A DNA stretch of 26,184 nt from a bacterium. Lineage in GTDB: Bacteria; Sysuimicrobiota; Sysuimicrobiia; Sysuimicrobiales; Kaftiobacteriaceae. The translations under genes and the position numbers were made by a program. Positions 16,581-26,184 of this stretch are shown here, piece after piece (the stretch's first letter is position 1; every line of letters begins with the position of its first letter). Location of the stretch: the NCBI GenBank assembly GCA_044868695.1, contig JBIOWP010000083.1, forward strand, positions 1-26,184, read 5' to 3'. The notes beneath the pieces were generated by a model, which was given only the letters and a program-made list of their open reading frames with translations, ran no database searches and was not told where the DNA came from.

Positions 16581-17954
16581 GTGAGCAGATCCATTCGCGT
16601 GCTGTGGTTGGCCGTGGCCCTGGTCCTTGTGGCCGGGCTGGTCCCGGCGTTTGCCCAGAAGTATCCTGGGACCTCGCTCACGCTGCTGATCCACGCCGGA
16701 CACTTCGCCATTCCCTGGCAGAAGCGGGCGCCGACGATCAAGCAGCAGTTTGGGATCGACATCAAGGTCGTGGGCGTCGACGTGAACGACATGTACAAGA
16801 AGCAGCTGCTCGAGCTGTCGTCGGGCACGGGCGCCTTCGACGTCTATCAGTACAACCCCGCCTGGCTCGGTGATTACGCGCAGTTCCTGGCGCCGATGGA
16901 TGACCTGATGCGCAAGTACTCGGTGGACTGGGACGACATCCTGCCCGGCTTCCGCACCTGGCACTCCACGTTCGGCGGGAAGGTCTACGGCCTCGTGATG
17001 GACGGGGACGTGCTCCTCATGTACTACCGCAAGGACCTCTTCGACGACGCGAAAAACAAGACGGCGTTCCGGCAGCAGTTCGGCTACGATCTCACGCCCC
17101 CGCAGACCTGGCAGCAGCTCGCGGATGTCGCGAAGTTCTTCCGCAAGCCCGACCAGAATTTCTACGGCTACGCCGACCAGCTCAAACGAGGCCGCTCATT
17201 TTACTGGTACCTGCTGCGATACTTCTCGTACTGCGGCCCCAACGCGCAGCTGTTCGACCCACAGACGATGAAACCCAGGATCAACGACGCCTGCGCCGTG
17301 CAGGCCCTGCAGGAGATGAAGGACCTGGTCGCCCAGCAGCCTCCGGGCGTGCTGAACTGGGAGTGGGACGAACTGTACAACGCCTTCATGAAGGGACGGC
17401 TGGCGGTCGCGATCCACTGGCCGGACGAGGGCAAGCGCGTCCCTGAGCTGCAAAAGGATGTCCCGGGCGCGTCGATGGGGTTTGCGGTGGTGCCCGGCAG
17501 TAAGAAGGGCAGTGCGATCGAGCGGCGATCCACGGCGGCCGGCGGCTGGCTGCTGGGCATCGCCAAGGCGAGCAAGAATGTCGAAGCGGCCTGGCAGGTC
17601 GTCCGCTTCTACGAGTCCAAGGGCGAGAGCCTCAAGCTGGTCATGGACCCCGACACCGGCCAGGACCTGTTCCGGGCCAGTCACTTCAACGCGCCTCAGG
17701 TTGTGAACGCGTGGCCGAAGGACTACCTGACCGCGTACAAGCAGTCGATCGACATCCTCTACCCGGAATTGCGCATCCCCAGCAGCTTCGAGTATACCGA
17801 CGTGCTCGACCGGCAACTCCAGCTGGTGTTCGCCGGGCAGGCCGCGCCCAAGGCGGCGCTGGACGCCGTGGCCCAGGAGTGGGAAAAACTCACCACCGCC
17901 CGCGGCCGCACCGCACAGAGCGCCGCCTATCGCGCCGCGATGGGCATCAAGTGA
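16581..17954 (+). CDS. Sugar ABC substrate-binding protein (CUT1)
   Basis: Signal peptide ending in AFA, YYRKDLF, PPQTWQQL, GGWLLGI. Confidence 0.92.
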   Translation: MSRSIRVLWLAVALVLVAGLVPAFAQKYPGTSLTLLIHAGHFAIPWQKRAPTIKQQFGIDIKVVGVDVNDMYKKQLLELSSGTGAFDVYQYNPAWLGDYAQFLAPMDDLMRKYSVDWDDILPGFRTWHSTFGGKVYGLVMDGDVLLMYYRKDLFDDAKNKTAFRQQFGYDLTPPQTWQQLADVAKFFRKPDQNFYGYADQLKRGRSFYWYLLRYFSYCGPNAQLFDPQTMKPRINDACAVQALQEMKDLVAQQPPGVLNWEWDELYNAFMKGRLAVAIHWPDEGKRVPELQKDVPGASMGFAVVPGSKKGSAIERRSTAAGGWLLGIAKASKNVEAAWQVVRFYESKGESLKLVMDPDTGQDLFRASHFNAPQVVNAWPKDYLTAYKQSIDILYPELRIPSSFEYTDVLDRQLQLVFAGQAAPKAALDAVAQEWEKLTTARGRTAQSAAYRAAMGIK

Positions 17955-17974
17955 GCAGCACGACGTAGGCCGGC

Positions 17975-18002
17975 GGGGCCGTCTGCACCTCGGGACGGCC
18001 CC
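17975..18002 (+). other. GC-rich stem-loop after the binding-protein gene (mRNA-stabilising or attenuating hairpin)
   Basis: GGGGCCGTC (17975-17983) pairs with GACGGCCCC (17994-18002); there is no U-tract. Confidence 0.6.
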
Positions 18003-18019
18003 TCCTCGCTGCCTTCGAC

Positions 18020-18922
18020 GTGATGACGGCACACTGGGGCGCAACCGCCGCCCGCTGGACGGATCGTCATTTCCCGCTGCTGGCGGTTGCGCCCGCGGTC
18101 GTCATCCTGTTCCTGACCACCATCTTTCCCCTGCTGTACGCCTTGTACAACAGCCTGTTCGACTTCTATCTTCCCCAGCCCGGTCTCCGCCGCTTCATCG
18201 GGGCCGGCAACTACCTCGCGGCACTGACCGATCCGGTCTTCCTCGGATCGCTGCGGCGCACCGGGCTCCTCATCGCCGGCGGCATCGCGCTGCAGTTCCT
18301 CGTCGGTCTAGTCATTGCGCTCGTGCTCAGCGACGAGGAGGTGCGCGGCCGAAAGATCCTCACCTCGGTGATCGCCATTCCCATGATGATCCCTGAGGTG
18401 GCGGCCGCCTACATGTGGTGGCTGCTCTTTCGCGTGCAGGGCTTCCTGAACTACGCGCTGGGCTGGCTCGACCTGGGCCCGTTCTTATGGATCTCCGGCC
18501 CGTCGACCGCGCTGCCGTCCATCATCCTCACCGACTCCTGGCAGTGGATCCCGTTCGTGGCCCTCGTGCTGGTGGCCGGAATGGCCTCGATCCCCACCGA
18601 GATCCACGAGGCCGCCGCGCTGGACGGCGCGGGGTGGTTCGCGCACCTCACGCGCGTCACCCTGCCGCTGCTCCGCCGCGTCATGCTCGTCATCCTGCTG
18701 ATCCGCAGCATGGACATCTTTAAGATGTTCGGACTGATCCTCGTGATGACCCAGGGCGGCCCCGGCGACGTGACGACGACCGCCACGTTCTACACCTATC
18801 TCAACGGCTTCGCCTACTTCAAGGTCGGCTACGGCGCGGCGCAGTCGTTCATCCTGCTGGCGATCATCGTCGTCCTGTCCACCCTGCTGATCAGCCACGT
18901 CTACGAGGAGCGGGCGGCGTGA
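18020..18922 (+). CDS. Carbohydrate ABC permease (MalF-like)
   Basis: FIGAGNY, EAAALDGA loop, MTQGGPG. The start is 18020 (GTG) or 18023 (ATG). Confidence 0.93.
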   Translation: MMTAHWGATAARWTDRHFPLLAVAPAVVILFLTTIFPLLYALYNSLFDFYLPQPGLRRFIGAGNYLAALTDPVFLGSLRRTGLLIAGGIALQFLVGLVIALVLSDEEVRGRKILTSVIAIPMMIPEVAAAYMWWLLFRVQGFLNYALGWLDLGPFLWISGPSTALPSIILTDSWQWIPFVALVLVAGMASIPTEIHEAAALDGAGWFAHLTRVTLPLLRRVMLVILLIRSMDIFKMFGLILVMTQGGPGDVTTTATFYTYLNGFAYFKVGYGAAQSFILLAIIVVLSTLLISHVYEERAA

Positions 18923-19734
18923 CGCGCGCGCGGATCGTGCTCAAGCACGCGCTGGCGGCGGGCATCGCGGCGCTCTTCCTGTTCCCCGTGTATTACATCG
19001 CGGTCGTCTCGCTGCTGCCACAGGAGGCGATCTTCGCGTACCCGCCGCGGGTCCTGCCCCGGCCCCTCACGCTCGCCAACTATCCGACGGCCCTGACCGA
19101 TTTCCAGGGACTGGAGGGGCTGCGGAACAGCCTGCTGGTGGGCCTCATCGTCACCGCCGTGACCATGGTCGTGGGGGCGCTGGCCGCGTACAGCCTCGCG
19201 CGGTTCCGCACCGGCGGCCGGCACCTCCCCTTCTGGATTCTCTCCCAGCGGATGATGCCGCCGATCGCCGCCATCATCCCTCTCTTCCTGCTGATCCGGC
19301 TGCTCCGGCTGATGGACACGGTGCAGGCGCTGGTCATCGCCCAGCTGATCACGGTGCTGCCGTTCGGCATCTGGTTCATGCGCGGATTCTTCACCGAGGT
19401 GCCGGTGGAGATCGAGGAGGCGGCGCTTATCGACGGCTGCACCCGCGTGCGCACCCTGGTGCGCGTGGCGCTGCCGCTCGCCGCCCCAGGGATCGCGGTG
19501 ACGGCGCTGCTGACCTTCGTCCTCTCGTGGAACGAGCTCCTGTTCGCCGTGGTGCTCACCCGGGGCGACGCCATCACGCTGCCGGTGACGATGGCCAACT
19601 CGCTGACCGCCCACGGCATCGCGTTCGGGATTCTGGCCGCGCTGGCCATGATGAGCGTCGTCCCGGTCATCATCATCGCCGTCGTGTCGCAGCGCTTCCT
19701 GGTCCGCGGGCTGACGATGGGGGCGCTGCAGTGA
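18919..19734 (+). CDS. Carbohydrate ABC permease (MalG-like)
   Basis: EEAALIDG loop, SWNELLFA, QRFLVRGLTMGA; GTGA overlap with the previous gene. Confidence 0.93.
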   Translation: MTRARIVLKHALAAGIAALFLFPVYYIAVVSLLPQEAIFAYPPRVLPRPLTLANYPTALTDFQGLEGLRNSLLVGLIVTAVTMVVGALAAYSLARFRTGGRHLPFWILSQRMMPPIAAIIPLFLLIRLLRLMDTVQALVIAQLITVLPFGIWFMRGFFTEVPVEIEEAALIDGCTRVRTLVRVALPLAAPGIAVTALLTFVLSWNELLFAVVLTRGDAITLPVTMANSLTAHGIAFGILAALAMMSVVPVIIIAVVSQRFLVRGLTMGALQ

Positions 19735-19754
19735 GCGGCGCAGGAGGACCAGGC

Positions 19755-20657
19755 ATGCGCGTGCGCGTCGGCAACGCGCCCATCAGCTGGGGCGTCTGCG
19801 AGATTCCGGAGTGGGGACCGCAGCTCCCGTCCGAGCGGGTCCTGGACGAGATGCAGGCCGCCGGCTACGAAGGGACGGAACTGGGACCCTGGGGATTCCT
19901 GCCCACCGATCCGGGCGCGCTCGCCGCGGTCCTGCAGCGGCGCGGGTTGGTGATGGCCGCCGCATTCGTGCCGCTGCGGCTGCGGGTGGAACGGGACTTC
20001 GCGGATTCGCAGGCGCAGGTGCGCAGCACCGCGCAGCTGCTGCGGGGACTGGGCGCCCGGCACATCCTGTTTGCGGACGCCGGCGACGACCTCCGCTACC
20101 GGGTGGCCGGCCGGCCGGAGCAGACCCGCGCGCACGGGCTGCGCGCCGACGAGTGGCAGGGCTACGTGGACCGGCTGCACCGGCTGGCCCGGCTCTGCCG
20201 CGACGAGTTCGCGCTGCAGCCGTGCTTCCACTCGCACGGCGGGTCGTACATTGAGAACCCCGAGGAGATCGCGACCCTGCTCGAGCGCACCGATCCCGCG
20301 CTGCTGCGCTTGTGCCTGGATACCGGCCACGTCGCGTTCGGCGGTGGAGACCCACTCGAGGTCGCCACCCGCTTCGCCTCGCGCCTGGGCTACATCCACC
20401 TCAAGGACATCGACCTGCCGAGACTACGGTCGCTGTTGTCCGGGGGCACGTATTACGTCGCCGCGGCCCAGCAGGACGTCTTCGTGGAACTGGGGCGCGG
20501 GTCGCTCGACCTGCCGAAACTCTTTGCCGTCCTGCGGGCGGGCGGCTACGAGGGTTGGATCATCGTCGAACAGGATCGCGTGGTCCACACCCAGACAGAC
20601 ACGCTCAGCAGCGCCAAGCGCAGCCGGGAGTACCTGCGCACTCACCTGGGGGTGTAG
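19755..20657 (+). CDS. iolE: Myo-inosose-2 dehydratase-like TIM barrel protein
   Basis: GNAPISWGV, GYEGTELGPWGFLP, LCLDTGH, HLKD, FVELGRG, WIIVEQD. Start at the ATG at 19755 behind AGGAGG. Confidence 0.8.
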   Translation: MRVRVGNAPISWGVCEIPEWGPQLPSERVLDEMQAAGYEGTELGPWGFLPTDPGALAAVLQRRGLVMAAAFVPLRLRVERDFADSQAQVRSTAQLLRGLGARHILFADAGDDLRYRVAGRPEQTRAHGLRADEWQGYVDRLHRLARLCRDEFALQPCFHSHGGSYIENPEEIATLLERTDPALLRLCLDTGHVAFGGGDPLEVATRFASRLGYIHLKDIDLPRLRSLLSGGTYYVAAAQQDVFVELGRGSLDLPKLFAVLRAGGYEGWIIVEQDRVVHTQTDTLSSAKRSREYLRTHLGV

Positions 20658-20668
20658 GATCTGCCTCC

Positions 20669-21799
20669 ATGCTGACACTGAATTTTGCCATGATCGGGTA
20701 CGCGTTCATGGGCAGGGCGCACAGCCATGCCCTGCACGAGGTGGTGGCGTTCTTCCCCGATCTGCCGTCCCGGCCCGTCCGGAAGGTCCTCTGCGGCCGC
20801 ACGCGCGCGGAGGTGGAACGCGTCGCCGCCCAGTGGGGCTGGGAGTCGTGGACCACCGACTGGCGGGAGGCGGTCGAGCGGGCCGACGTTGACGCGGTGA
20901 TCGTCGGCACGCCGAACCACACGCATCATGAGATCTGCCTCGCGGCGCTGGCGGCCGGCAAGCACGTGCTGTGCGAGAAGCCTCTGGCGCGAACGCTCGT
21001 CCAGGCCGAGGAGATGGCCGCTGCCGCGCGGCGCGCGGGAGTCTGCCACGGCGTCGCGTTCAACTACCGCCGGGTGCCCGCGGTCGCGCTTGCCCGCCGG
21101 GTCATCACCGAGGGCCGGCTGGGCCGGATCTACCACCTCCGGTCGTCGTTCCTGCAGGACTGGCTGCTCGACCCCGACACGCCGATGAGCTGGCGGCTCC
21201 GGAAGGAGGACGCCGGGTCGGGCACGCTGGGGGATCTGCTGTCGCACAGCATCGACCTGGCCCGCTACCTGGTCGGAGACCTCCACGAGGTGATCGCCGA
21301 TCTGACCACGTTCATCCCGCAGCGGCCGCGCGCGGAGGAGGCGGGCGGGCGGGAGAACGTGACGGTGGATGATCGGGCTGCGCTGCTTGCCCGCTTCACC
21401 GGCGGCGCCGTGGGAACGATTGAAGCCAGCCGGCTGGCTGCGGGACGAAAGGCGGCAAACGCCGTGGAGGTGTACGGCGAGCGCGGCAGCCTGCGATTCA
21501 ATCAGGAACGGCTCAACGAGCTTGACTTCTACGCGGCCTCTGATCCGCCCCACCTGCAGGGCCCCCGGACCATCCTGGTCACCGAACCCTCCCACCCGTA
21601 CATCGCGGCCTGGTGGCCCCCTGGTCACATCATCGGGTGGGAACACACCTTCGTCCACCAGCTCCGCGATTTCATCGCTGCGGCCTCCGCTGGAACGCCG
21701 TTTGAGCCCGACTTCGCGGCCGGTGTGGCGTGCCAGCGGGTCCTGGACGCCGCGGAGCGCTCGCTGGCCTCCCGCTCCTGGACCCAGGTCGCTCGATGA
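20669..21799 (+). CDS. Gfo/Idh/MocA oxidoreductase (levoglucosan/glucoside 3-dehydrogenase-like subgroup)
   Basis: IGYAFMGRAH, CEKPLA, FNYRRVPA, LQDW, GDLLSHSID, WWPPGHIIGWEHTF. Start reassigned to the ATG at 20669. Confidence 0.9.
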   Translation: MLTLNFAMIGYAFMGRAHSHALHEVVAFFPDLPSRPVRKVLCGRTRAEVERVAAQWGWESWTTDWREAVERADVDAVIVGTPNHTHHEICLAALAAGKHVLCEKPLARTLVQAEEMAAAARRAGVCHGVAFNYRRVPAVALARRVITEGRLGRIYHLRSSFLQDWLLDPDTPMSWRLRKEDAGSGTLGDLLSHSIDLARYLVGDLHEVIADLTTFIPQRPRAEEAGGRENVTVDDRAALLARFTGGAVGTIEASRLAAGRKAANAVEVYGERGSLRFNQERLNELDFYAASDPPHLQGPRTILVTEPSHPYIAAWWPPGHIIGWEHTFVHQLRDFIAAASAGTPFEPDFAAGVACQRVLDAAERSLASRSWTQVAR

Positions 21800-22923
21800 G
21801 CGCGGCGCTTCGGCTGGGTCTGGTCGGCTGCGGGAAAGTGGTCGAAACCTTCCACCTCCCCGCCCTGGCCGCCATTCCTGAGATCAGCGTCACCGCCATC
21901 GCCGACAGCGACCCTGCGCGGGTGGCTCGGACCGGCGATCTGCTCGGCCTGGCGGCGGCGCACCGCTATGCCGACTACCGGACGCTCTTAGAGCGCGAGA
22001 CGGTAGACGCGGTCAGCATCTCATCGCCACCGGGCCTCCACCGGGAGATGGCGGTGGCGGCCGCGCAGGCCGGCGCCCACATCATCAGCGAGAAACCCAT
22101 GGCCACCACGCTACTGGATGCGGACGCGATGATCGACAGCGCCCGGCGCCACCGGGTGCTGCTGTCGCTGCACCACAACTACTTGTGGTTTCCGGAAAAC
22201 GTCGCGGCGCGGCGCCTCATCCGCGACGGCCGGCTGGGCCGGCTTACCTACACCACCATCAACTGCCTGGGGCTGCCGTACTTCGGGGGCACCTGGCGCC
22301 TGCACGACCCGGTCCAGAGCGGCGGGGGAATCCTGATCGACATGCTGCATCTCATCTATCTCACCAACGCCTTCTTTGGGGGAGTGCCCGGTCGCGTGGA
22401 CGCCCGGGTCGCTCGCATCCGGGACGAACGGATCCTCGTCGAAGACTTCGCCACCGCGCGCCTGGAGTATGCGGGCGGATTCGGCGAGATCAACGTCTCC
22501 TGGGGAGCGGGCTGGGGCGGCACCCAACTGATGGGCACCAGGGGGCGCCTCATCTACGACTACGACCACTTCACCACCGTCAACTACGAGCGCCCGGACC
22601 GCCTGCGCCTCATCACGACGGACGAGGACACCGACATCGAATTTGCAGATGCGCCGGCGTTCTCCGAGGGTCCGTTCCGCCAGTTCGTATCGGCGGTCCT
22701 GCACGGCCGCCCCCTGGAGGTCACCGGCGAGGACGGCCGGGCGGCGCTGGGCGTGGCGCTGGCGGCGTACAAGTCCGCGGCCCTGCGTACGGCGGTGGAG
22801 GCCTCGCTGGTCCCCAGTGATCCGGTGTACCGGCGCGGCATCCTCGGCCTGCCCGACCTCCCGGGCGTCTCGCCGGAGGTGCTGGCCCTCTACGGGCTAA
22901 GTCCGTCGCCCGGCAGCAGGTAG
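21796..22923 (+). CDS. Gfo/Idh/MocA oxidoreductase, candidate inositol dehydrogenase
   Basis: GLVGCG, SEKPM, GGGILIDMLH. The ATG at 21796 overlaps the previous stop (ATGA). Confidence 0.88.
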   Translation: MSAALRLGLVGCGKVVETFHLPALAAIPEISVTAIADSDPARVARTGDLLGLAAAHRYADYRTLLERETVDAVSISSPPGLHREMAVAAAQAGAHIISEKPMATTLLDADAMIDSARRHRVLLSLHHNYLWFPENVAARRLIRDGRLGRLTYTTINCLGLPYFGGTWRLHDPVQSGGGILIDMLHLIYLTNAFFGGVPGRVDARVARIRDERILVEDFATARLEYAGGFGEINVSWGAGWGGTQLMGTRGRLIYDYDHFTTVNYERPDRLRLITTDEDTDIEFADAPAFSEGPFRQFVSAVLHGRPLEVTGEDGRAALGVALAAYKSAALRTAVEASLVPSDPVYRRGILGLPDLPGVSPEVLALYGLSPSPGSR

Positions 22924-23954
22924 ATGCCCGTGGGGTGGAACTGCAGCCGCACCTGACTCCCGGCGGGAAGCACGCTGCGCACAGCGAGCGGCTCCGTCAC
23001 CTGCACCTCTCCCACCGGCGTATCCACGAGATATTCGTGCGAGGTCCCCATGAAGAACGCCGTCCGGATCACGCCGGGCAGTCCCTCCCCGTCGCTGTAC
23101 AGGCTGATGGCCTCCGGCCGCGCCATCACCAGCACCGGGCCGGGGACAATCCCGCTCTGACGGAACGCAAAGGCAAACGGCCCCAGCGTCACCCGGCCGT
23201 CCCCGTAGCGGCCGGGCAGCAGGTTCGCTTCCCCGATGAAGTCGGCGACAAACCGCGTCGCCGGCTGGCGATACAAGTCGGCCGGGGCGCCCACCTGCTC
23301 GATACGGCCCCGGTTCATCACCACGACCACGTCTGACAGGGCCAGCGCCTCGGCCTGGTCGTGCGTCACGTAAATGCTGGTGATGGCGAGGCGCTGCTGC
23401 AGCTCACGGATCTCCGCGCGGACGTGCTTGCGCAGCTTGGCGTCGAGATTGCTGAGGGGCTCATCGAACAGCAGCACTTTCGGCTGCATCACCAGCGCCC
23501 GTGCCAGCGCGACGCGCTGCTGCTGCCCGCCGGACAGCTGCGCGGGGTAGCGTCCGCCGATCTGCGGCAGGCCCACCAGGTCCAGCACCGCCGCCACCTG
23601 CGTGGTGATCTCCCCCGCGGGCAGCTTGGCAATGCGCAGGCCATACGCGACGTTCTCGAACACGGTGAGGTGCGGGAACAGAGCGTAGGACTGGAACACC
23701 ATCGTCACGCTGCGGCTGCTGGCCGGCAGGGGCGTGACGTCATCGCCGCCGATGAACACGCGGCCGGTGGAGGGATATTCCAGGCCGGCGATCATCCGCA
23801 GCGTCGTCGTCTTGCCGCACCCCGAGGGGCCGAGCAGCGTCACGAGCTTGCCGGCCGGAATCTCCAGGGTGACGTCGTCCACGGCGACCACCGGCCCAAA
23901 CGTCTTCGTCACCCGCTCGAGCCGAACGGGGACAGTCGCCTTGGCGTCTGTCAC
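22890..23954 (-). CDS. ABC ATP-binding protein, FbpC/AfuC/PotA type
   Basis: GPSGCGKTT, LSGGQQQR, LLFDEPLSNLD and a TOBE-like C-terminus. Confidence 0.94.
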   Translation of the reverse strand: MTDAKATVPVRLERVTKTFGPVVAVDDVTLEIPAGKLVTLLGPSGCGKTTTLRMIAGLEYPSTGRVFIGGDDVTPLPASSRSVTMVFQSYALFPHLTVFENVAYGLRIAKLPAGEITTQVAAVLDLVGLPQIGGRYPAQLSGGQQQRVALARALVMQPKVLLFDEPLSNLDAKLRKHVRAEIRELQQRLAITSIYVTHDQAEALALSDVVVVMNRGRIEQVGAPADLYRQPATRFVADFIGEANLLPGRYGDGRVTLGPFAFAFRQSGIVPGPVLVMARPEAISLYSDGEGLPGVIRTAFFMGTSHEYLVDTPVGEVQVTEPLAVRSVLPAGSQVRLQFHPTGIYLLPGDGLSP

Positions 23955-26170
23955 GGGATCGCCGTCTCGCGGGCGGCCCGGACATCCAGCCGGCGGTTGA
24001 TGCCGTACAGCCCCAGGATCACGGTGATCATGAAGACCGTGAGCAGCGAGGCCAGCGCCGCCCCCCGTCCCTGCGACCCATACTCCACGTACGTCAGGAT
24101 CTGAGTCGTCGCCAGGCTGACCTGCGGGGTGATCAGGAAGATCACCTGGCTCACCGCCGTCATCGCCCTCACAAACGCGAATACCAGCCCCGACAGCAGC
24201 GCCGGGCGCACGAGCGGCATTACGACCCGCCGCAGGGTCATCGCCGAATTCGCCCGCAGCATCGTACTGGCTTCCTCCAGCGATCGGTCAATCTGATGGA
24301 TGGCGGCGACCCCGGACCGGATCCCCACCGGCATGTTGCGGAAGATGAACGCCAGGATAATGATGAGCTGCGTGCCGGTCAACAGCAGCGCTCCCTGATT
24401 GAACGCCAGGATGTAGCCGATCCCCATGACGGTGCCCGGCACCGCGAAAGAGAGCATGGAGCTGAACTCCATCGTGCTGCGACCGGGGAACTCCACCCGG
24501 CTGACCAGATACCCGATGAGGAACCCGAGGAGTGTAGACGGGATGGCGGCGTACGCGGACAGTTTTGCGGTGGTCCAAAACACCTTCCACCCCGTCGGGG
24601 AGAGACTGCGCAGGTGGTCGAGCGTGAACGTGTAGTCGAACCCCCACAGCCGCGTGACGCTGCCGACGAACACGGACCCGTACAACGCGACGATCAGGAT
24701 CACCCAGAATACGAACATCGACGACACCGCGTAGTCGAGGGTCGGAGGCAGCGGCCGGGGGGTCCCCCCCGACGGCTTCCCTGTGACGGTGACGTACGAC
24801 CCGCGGCCGAGCCAGCGCCGCTGGATCAAGAAGATCGTCAGCGTCATCGCCAGCAGGATCACGCCGTACACCGCCGCCTCGTTGGGATTGAACCGCCCGA
24901 TGATCGCGAAGAACACCTCGGTCGCCAGAAACGGCGCGCCGCCCCCGACGATAATCGGGTTGCCGAAGTCGGCCAGGCTTTCAATGGCCACCAGTAGAAA
25001 CGCGTTCGCGATCCCCGGCCGCGCGAGCGGCCAGATCACCGTGCGCAGCACGTGCCAGCGCGAGGCCCCCAGCGTCTCCGCCGCCTCCTCCAGCGCGGCA
25101 TCCATCGACTGCACGACTCCCTGCAGGACGAGGTAGGCGATCGGTGCATAGGCGAGGATCTGGGCCACCGCGACGCCGAGGGGGCCGAAGAACACGTTCG
25201 TCGAGATGCCCAGCAGCTGGTACGTCACGAATCCGCGCCGGCCGAACATGTAGATCATCGCGAGCCCGAGCACGAACGGCGGCGTGATGATCGGTAGGAT
25301 GGAGAACGGCCCCAGCAGTGTCCGCGTGCGCAGCCGGGACCGCTCGCCGATCAGCGCGAACAGAAAGCCGAGCGCTGTCGAGATGACGCCGACGACGATT
25401 GCGAGCAGCACACTGTTGCGCAGGGCCCCGAACCCAAGGTAAAGAGCGGCGAGCACCCAACTCCCCGCGCCCACCGCCGCGCCCCACAGGACCGGCCGGG
25501 ACCGGCGGGCTCCCACACAAACGGCGATCACCAGCAGGCCGGCAAACACACCGGTCCATCCCGCGCGGGCCGTTTCGTTCACCGGCGTGGCTGGGTTGTT
25601 CAGCAGGAAGAACGCCGGCGAGCGCAGCGTTTCGGCGACGACGCGAAGGGTGAACTCGCCCCGCACGATGACGCTCGCGCTGAGCACGGCCCACAGCGGA
25701 TAGAGGATGAAGATGGCGACGAACGCCGCGACCCACAGGATGCAGCCAGCGATGAAGGCATCCGCCCGCAGCAGACCCGACAGCGCCAGCCCGGTCCCGA
25801 GGATGGCAAGAAATCCAAACAGCGCGGCCACCGCGCCCCAGCCGAAGGGCTGCGCGTCCACAACGAGCTGCGCTGCCGTGAGGACCACACCCACTCCGCC
25901 GAGCACCACCGCGCCTCGGCCGCGCTGCGCCGCCGGCCACGGGAGCATCCCGGTTCCGATGACGAGGGCGGCGGCGGCCACGGCGGCGGCGAGCAGGGGC
26001 GAGGTGCGCAGGAGCGCGGCGCCGGTCGAGGCCGGCAAGAAGGTCAGCAGGTCACGCCCGGGGCGCGTCCACGGGAGCAGGAGCGCTGCGAGCAGCGTGA
26101 GACCACCCCAGGCCACGAGCGTCGTGTTGGGAGCCGTCCGGACGGCCGGAAGAGCGAGAGCACGCGCCAT
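23951..26170 (-). CDS. Fused double ABC permease, FbpB/AfuB type (Fe3+ or sugar-phosphate family)
   Basis: Two EAA loops (LEEAAETLGA, LEEASTMLRA), LPIITPPFV, SLADFGNP, FAVPGTV.G.GY and a long hydrophobic N-terminal extension. Confidence 0.9.
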   Translation of the reverse strand: MARALALPAVRTAPNTTLVAWGGLTLLAALLLPWTRPGRDLLTFLPASTGAALLRTSPLLAAAVAAAALVIGTGMLPWPAAQRGRGAVVLGGVGVVLTAAQLVVDAQPFGWGAVAALFGFLAILGTGLALSGLLRADAFIAGCILWVAAFVAIFILYPLWAVLSASVIVRGEFTLRVVAETLRSPAFFLLNNPATPVNETARAGWTGVFAGLLVIAVCVGARRSRPVLWGAAVGAGSWVLAALYLGFGALRNSVLLAIVVGVISTALGFLFALIGERSRLRTRTLLGPFSILPIITPPFVLGLAMIYMFGRRGFVTYQLLGISTNVFFGPLGVAVAQILAYAPIAYLVLQGVVQSMDAALEEAAETLGASRWHVLRTVIWPLARPGIANAFLLVAIESLADFGNPIIVGGGAPFLATEVFFAIIGRFNPNEAAVYGVILLAMTLTIFLIQRRWLGRGSYVTVTGKPSGGTPRPLPPTLDYAVSSMFVFWVILIVALYGSVFVGSVTRLWGFDYTFTLDHLRSLSPTGWKVFWTTAKLSAYAAIPSTLLGFLIGYLVSRVEFPGRSTMEFSSMLSFAVPGTVMGIGYILAFNQGALLLTGTQLIIILAFIFRNMPVGIRSGVAAIHQIDRSLEEASTMLRANSAMTLRRVVMPLVRPALLSGLVFAFVRAMTAVSQVIFLITPQVSLATTQILTYVEYGSQGRGAALASLLTVFMITVILGLYGINRRLDVRAARETAIP

Positions 26171-26184
26171 AAGACCTCGAATGA

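Noticed and set aside
9384..22704. Large antisense ORFs such as 9384..10655+, 12155..13498+, 15585..16964- and 19080..20399-
   Set aside because: They lie opposite well-supported genes and have low-information Arg/Gly/Pro-rich translations typical of GC-rich shadows.

Overview
High-GC bacterial window dominated by a divergent inositol catabolism locus. The minus-strand arm (15328 to 1887) is a tightly packed 12-gene run: iolB, iolC, iolD, iolA, a sulfatase-fold hydrolase with Thr in place of the usual Cys/Ser, an ABC importer resembling Thermotoga InoEFGK, two glycerophosphodiester phosphodiesterases and a GlxR-like reductase. The plus-strand arm (15531 to 22923) has a Zn-dependent polyol dehydrogenase, a second sugar ABC importer with no ATPase, iolE and two Gfo/Idh/MocA dehydrogenases. 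At the left is nnr (NAD(P)HX repair), which runs off the window edge and is absent from the ORF track. At the right are an FbpB/AfuB-type permease and its ATPase. The two most notable observations are (1) a roughly 175-nt structured, apparently free-standing ncRNA at about 1690-1869 with its own sigma70-type promoter and an adjacent LexA-like box, which I cannot assign to a known family, and (2) an inferred module for scavenging inositol phosphodiesters. All homology calls come from motif recognition by eye, not from database searches.
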